Source of the DNA: Rhodosorus marinus CCMP1338
Taxonomy: Eukaryota > Plantae > Rhodophyta
Length of the DNA: 64,000 nucleotides
Reading direction: 5' to 3'
Assembly: GCA_029953675.1 (NCBI GenBank)
Contig: JAMWBK010000007.1
Coordinates: 186,001 to 250,000, forward strand
A program made the position numbers and the translations under genes. Positions 58,912 to 64,000 of this stretch are shown piece by piece. The notes under the pieces are model-generated. The model saw only the letters and a program-made list of their open reading frames with translations, was not told where the DNA came from and searched no databases. Every line of letters starts with the position of its first letter. The first letter of the stretch is position 1.

Positions 58912-61394
58912 TCACATGACCGGGTCAGTTAGGTCGCTGAGCGCGAGAGTCTTGAGTGGTTGGATTGTTTCCCGGAACTTCACATCGACCGGTCCAGACT
59001 GAAGGAATTCATCAAAATCGCCTATGTTGGCCTCAACAACGCTCGTGTTCTTGCGGATAACCTCCTTGCAAAACCCTAACACTCGCCATTCCCAAACGGG
59101 TATCTTCTTCTCCTCTGCACCGTTCTCCGCCTCTTCCATGGAATCTTCGACTCCCTCAGATAGTGTCGTATGGACGACGTTAAGACCTCCGACAGTATTC
59201 CAAATCATCTTCCTTGTCGCCTCCAGTACGGTCTCTACCCCCAACTTGGCCTCTTCCAGTTTCTCCGAAGCCATATCGGCTTCCGCCTCAGTTGCAGACG
59301 CTGCAAATCGCGCCGCATTCGACGCTTCCGTCTTTGCGGATTGTACTCTGCAAAGCACAAGATGAGAAGAAAAAAGCATGTTAAGGACAGATCTTTGGAT
59401 ACCAGCAGGTCAAACCGAAGACGAGAATGCTTGCTCTGATTCTTCGAAACCTACCTCGACTTTTGCCTGCTAATCAACAGACGCATGAGCTCCCATACGC
59501 TTGACGTCTCCATCTTGTCGATCAACTCTTCCTTTGACAGTCCATCGATGCTGAGGAGATAGTTGATGACGTCGAGGGGGTTCAGCACCTGATACGTACA
59601 CAGTTTATCAACGTAGGTAACACAACGAAGTGGGAGGGCTGGCCACAGTCTCCAGAGTTCGTCCATTATCACCCTGGTGGCTTTCTCCGGTCCCGTCAGA
59701 GCGATCAACTCGTTGACAACGGATATGTAGCGCTCCATCATCGCGTCGAAGTGGCTCAGAATCGCCTGAACTGCTCTCAGAATTGCCGCGAAGAGGCCCC
59801 TCAGGATTTGCTCATACTGGTCATCGCCGTAAATGCCCATAAGCCTGGCCTTGAGCTCCGGGGGAGCTTTGCGATCTGAGCCAGAAATCAGCTCCATGAC
59901 TTTCAGCTCATCCTCGTCTGTACTTCTCGCTGGAAGTGACTCAACTTCAGGGGGGATGAGGGAATGGAGTTTATCGGGAACTATGCCAATGATCTTGTCC
60001 CTGTAGCTCAACCGGCACACGTGATCAAGCACGTCACGACAAAATATTCTCTTGTACGGGATCCTATCCCGTGCTTGTGCAGTCCCACACGCCGCCCAGG
60101 TCGCCCAGTTCCAGTTGTAGCTGAAGTTGGACAGATGAAAGGCCAGCCAGTCACTAAGCCGGTCGAAAACCTCCGGGTCAAAATATCCGAGCTTATCGTA
60201 GACCAGCTGCACGGCTTTCAGCAGCCTGATCGACAGCCGTGAGTTCGGCACTCGGCACAAGTCCATAAAGATCGCCCCGTAAAACACCTGCCCTTGGTAG
60301 GCGCTGGGTAGGGCGCACATCTCAGTGAAAGTTGCCTCCACGACCTCCTGGTTTGCGTCCATTGGAATAGGAAGGGAGAGCATCTTTATGGCGCCTTCCA
60401 GGTGCTTTTGCAGGAAGTTATCAAGGATATTCGTCGCAGTGTCCCTCAACAGAAGCTGTTCTATCGGACCTTTACGCTTTCGATCATTTTCTCCACTCCC
60501 CTCAGGTTTTTCAGTCGAAAGGGTGCACACGTAACTCGGTGCGGAATAGCGTGAAACTTTCGAATGTGAAGGAATCTGAACCGTTCGAAGGGTAAGCTCT
60601 GGTCCCGATTCCAATCGCGAGCTTAGGGATCCGTCATCCCAGCGGGGCATTGCGCCTGAGTTCCAACCTCGTGCTGCCAGATCGTCCAGTGCGGCCCGGA
60701 GGATTCTAGGGCGAAAGGCAAAGAGTGTGCCTCCAGATGGTAGCAACCCCGAAGACCATGCAGATTCGTCCTCGAGCTGCTGATCGAGGCAGCCGAGGAG
60801 CTCGGCGACAAAGGAGTCAAACTCATCGGTATCGCCCCTCTTCAGTCCTCGCGCTCCCCATGGCAAGGCGGACGCTATCAAGTCTACGAGCATTTGAGAC
60901 CTCGCATGGAGCTGAAACGGCCGGCGATCAGCCACGGCAGCCTCCAAAAGTGATCGCAGAGTCTCCATAAGCCACTCCCAAGAAACCACCCATACGTTAC
61001 AGAGTTCGCACAAGAACTTGAGCGCCTGCAGCGCCTTGTTCAGCTGTCCGTCCCTAATTGCCGTGACCATCAATCCGCTAGTTCCATTGGCCACTCTCTC
61101 GGCAGTCATCTTCCCTTCCTCCGAAGCCCCAGCAATGAGCGCGACAACGGTACTGTACATCCCAACCTTGTGCGCGAGATCATTTCCACACAATATCAAA
61201 GCCCTCCTGACCACCTCCCAGTACTGTGCCGTACCACCATACCTTGAAGCATCATCAACCAACCTCCCAGATACGTACTCAAGCTGCTCTTCAACTGATG
61301 ATCGGCCCTCAGCGTCATCACCAACACGAGCTAACATTGACGTCACCTCAAGACGCATCCGGTCGTCATCCCCACGACCTCCAGATATCTCCAT
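58912..61394 (-). CDS. NCBP1: Nuclear cap-binding protein subunit 1 (CBP80), 2 exons
   Basis: HKVGMYSTVVALI, FYGAIFMDLCR, FDRLSDWLAFHLSNFSYNWNW, RLSYRDKI, LSHFDAMMERY. An intron at about 59358-59453 joins it to the 58912-59357 ORF. Confidence 0.93.
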
Positions 61395-62892
61395 CTTCCT
61401 TCAAAACTACCAAAACCACTTCAACAAAACAACACTCTCTCAATGAACTACATCAAAAGCGATAGCGCTATCGGCGATCGCCTTTCACCTCGATGATAAT
61501 ATCGATCTCCTTCCTCAGCAAAAATTTCTTGTTCCTCTAAAAACCATTCTAAAGCTAATACAAACCACCCCCAAACTCAAACCTCCACCGCCACTGTTTT
61601 TCCCACCATCGATCTGCTTTCCTTCACCCCGGCAACCCTCTCGTGGCGACTAACTACCAACAAAAACCGCCTTTGAAGAAAATTTGAAGAGGGAAAACCT
61701 CTCTTCCTCTCTGCAGATCTCCTTGCTCTATGATCGATCTCCTTCCTCCCCAAAGCCAATGCCTGCTCCTCTGAGAATCGACCTTTCACCCCTCCCAATC
61801 CCACACTTTTCCACGCCACCTCCCTCCTTCCCGAAGTCCGCATCGGAAGGAACCCAACCCGGGGTGGGGTTTCCTTATACCTTTCGATCTGATTCCTTTG
61901 CTATCTCCTTAAAGATTTCCATTGTGGAGCGCGCTCTCTCTTTCTCTCTCTCTCTCTCTCTGGTGAAAAAGTCCTTCGCGCTTACGTTTAGATCGGACCC
62001 TCTTCCCCGCCCTCTCAAAAGATCCCCCACAAACAAAGGGAATGGTTGCGTCCACATCAAGAAAAAAAACTAAAAAACGAACAAAAGAGTTTTTACCATT
62101 TTCCCACTAGTAAATCCGCCCTTAGAGCCCCAGTAGGGATATCAATCCATATATCAGTCAATATAAGATATACTAATTATTTCTATCCACGTGTCTTGAT
62201 TGTAAGAGAGAAATGTCGGGTATTCATCAATCAAGATATTAGTCAATAAATACTGTATACTAATTATATGATTGCACGTTGTGTTTATTTTCCAATGAAC
62301 GATCTGAACGCTATATTTATTGACTGAGGATGATACTTTTAAGCGAATAGAGAAGTGACAGCTGTAACTGTTGAAAGATCTTGGATGGTGTCAGTATGGA
62401 CTGTCCGCTGGTTTACGGGCACAAGCTCATTCACATTGGGGAGTAGTTGGGGTCTTAAGCTGCTCGAACGGGTTAGTTTGAAGGCGCTATTGATCAGAAG
62501 AATGAATTTTTTGTTCCTCGAGCTGATTCACAAGAGCCGAGGCTCGAGAGTTGGACGTTGCAAGGGTGCAGGTTCGCGTCCACCTGGTGCAGTACAAAAC
62601 GGTTCGGTTCAAGCTGAAGCAGAGGAAGTTGTGTCCTGAGCTCGTGCTACGGGGAGTGAGTTCCTGAGCGAATACTCGACGCGGCTATAGGCGAAGAGTA
62701 TCCCTGCAAAGCGGAGTTACCTCAGCGTCCACAAACGCGAGTGGCAAATACGAAACCTTGCTACATATACACTTCTTTTTTATATACATTATTATACTTT
62801 CACAAGTTCATACTCGCCTTCTTCCACGAGCATACAGCTATGTTCTCGCGAATTACTCTACACATTCTGGGAGTCTGTTCAGGTCATCTTCC

Positions 62893-63366
62893 TTACGCGG
62901 CGTGTGCTTTCAAGTCGTCTCTCAACGTCCTCGCTCGGCTCATCCTATATCTCTTGTCTTCAATAGCCTGGCCTCGTGAGAAGATCATGAGCCTCGGAGC
63001 TCTTGTTCGTCCAGCAAACTCGGAAGGTACGTTCTCCTCGTCCACTGCATAGAACGACAAATTTGCGAACTCCTTTGCATGATTCTTCAGCTGAGACTCC
63101 ACGATATCGGAACTCGCATCTCCGCGTTTCAACACCGCCACCACAACTTTATCCTCAACCTTGGAAGAATCCACCACGGCATGGAAGTCCTCCTCGGTTT
63201 TCAGTGGAAACAACGGTTCCTCCGATCTCCTCCAGACCCTATCCTCTGTCGATGGAACCGCAATAACAGCTCTCACAACCTCCCTTCGACTCCTAGAAGA
63301 CACAGCCCTCTCTCCACGTCTCGAACCATTCCCCACGAACCGAATGCTGCTCACAAAACCGCTCAT
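62893..63366 (-). CDS. Atypical thioredoxin-fold protein without CxxC, probably plastid-targeted
   Basis: MSGFVSS transit-like N-terminus, then LKTEEDFHAVV...KVVVAVL...AKEFANLSFYAVD...RAPRLMIFSRGQAIE, which follows thioredoxin secondary-structure order. Confidence 0.75.
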   Translation of the reverse strand: MSGFVSSIRFVGNGSRRGERAVSSRSRREVVRAVIAVPSTEDRVWRRSEEPLFPLKTEEDFHAVVDSSKVEDKVVVAVLKRGDASSDIVESQLKNHAKEFANLSFYAVDEENVPSEFAGRTRAPRLMIFSRGQAIEDKRYRMSRARTLRDDLKAHAA

Positions 63367-64000
63367 CCTAGGTCCCAATAAAACTTAAAACAAAACAATA
63401 AATCAAAACTTGCTCAATCGCACAAACCTTGCTCCTACTCTACTCAATCCCCGGCAACGCTCCTCCACTACTTTCACATTCTTCATCCAGCTTATATGCA
63501 CCTCCAAAGATCCCCTACCTGCCCCTACCACCCTCCTCCATCTAGCAACGTCTACCAACCTGGTGGGGATAACAAGGAGCCATCCCAGAAGTCAGGCGAG
63601 AAAATGTGTTCAAAAAAAAACAGCCCCTCCGGAAACCGAAACCGGTTAAGAATATACATAAAAACATTATTAAGCGGACGACAAAACCCCTACAAAAATC
63701 GTTCAAACACTAATTATTTCTAAAAACAATAATTTAGATATAGAAAAATAGAATGTAAGGAAAATTATTCCATAAAAATTGGTTGAGGGGGTTTTCTCCC
63801 GCCGCTTGGATGCAGCTAGAATATTCCTCGGATCCAATTGGAAAGAGTTTAGGGGGACGGGACGGGCTAAATTTTTGGAGGTGCAGGTCTTTGATTTTGA
63901 GGGGAGGATGAGGAGGAAGTTGAGTTGAATAGTAGTTTGACTGTCTCCTCGTACATGACCGTCTTATTCGTTTTATAAGAGTAATTTAGTTGTTTTTGCC

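Noticed and set aside
1-64000. tRNA, rRNA and snRNA genes
   Set aside because: I saw no cloverleaf, T-loop context or snRNA signature. The PBS is only tRNA-complementary. A covariance-model scan (tRNAscan-SE, Infernal/Rfam) is needed to exclude them.

Overview
Gene-dense eukaryotic nuclear DNA with short GT-AG introns. A red alga or relative is my inference, from Phe-early plastid transit peptides, a plastid-type hemF, a bacterial-type glucokinase and plant-like CUL1, TONSOKU and class II formin. Recognisable genes are a GRAM-domain protein, coproporphyrinogen III oxidase, an RNF121-like RING protein, glucokinase, a PHO80/U-type cyclin, a TONSOKU-like TPR-LRR protein, a PTEN-C2-FH1-FH2 formin, POP1, gamma-glutamyltranspeptidase, a cullin-1-like protein, CBP80 and a cysteine-free thioredoxin-fold protein, plus several hypothetical proteins. 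The most unusual region is a dead Ty1/copia locus at about 18.0-23.5 kb. It is rearranged into two adjacent long inverted repeats, carries a five-copy 58-bp array of the PPT/LTR-start junction, and its 3' LTR contains a coding fragment homologous to a decayed repeat gene at about 2.5 kb. I saw no tRNA, rRNA or CRISPR. Exon boundaries were read by eye and are approximate where stated.
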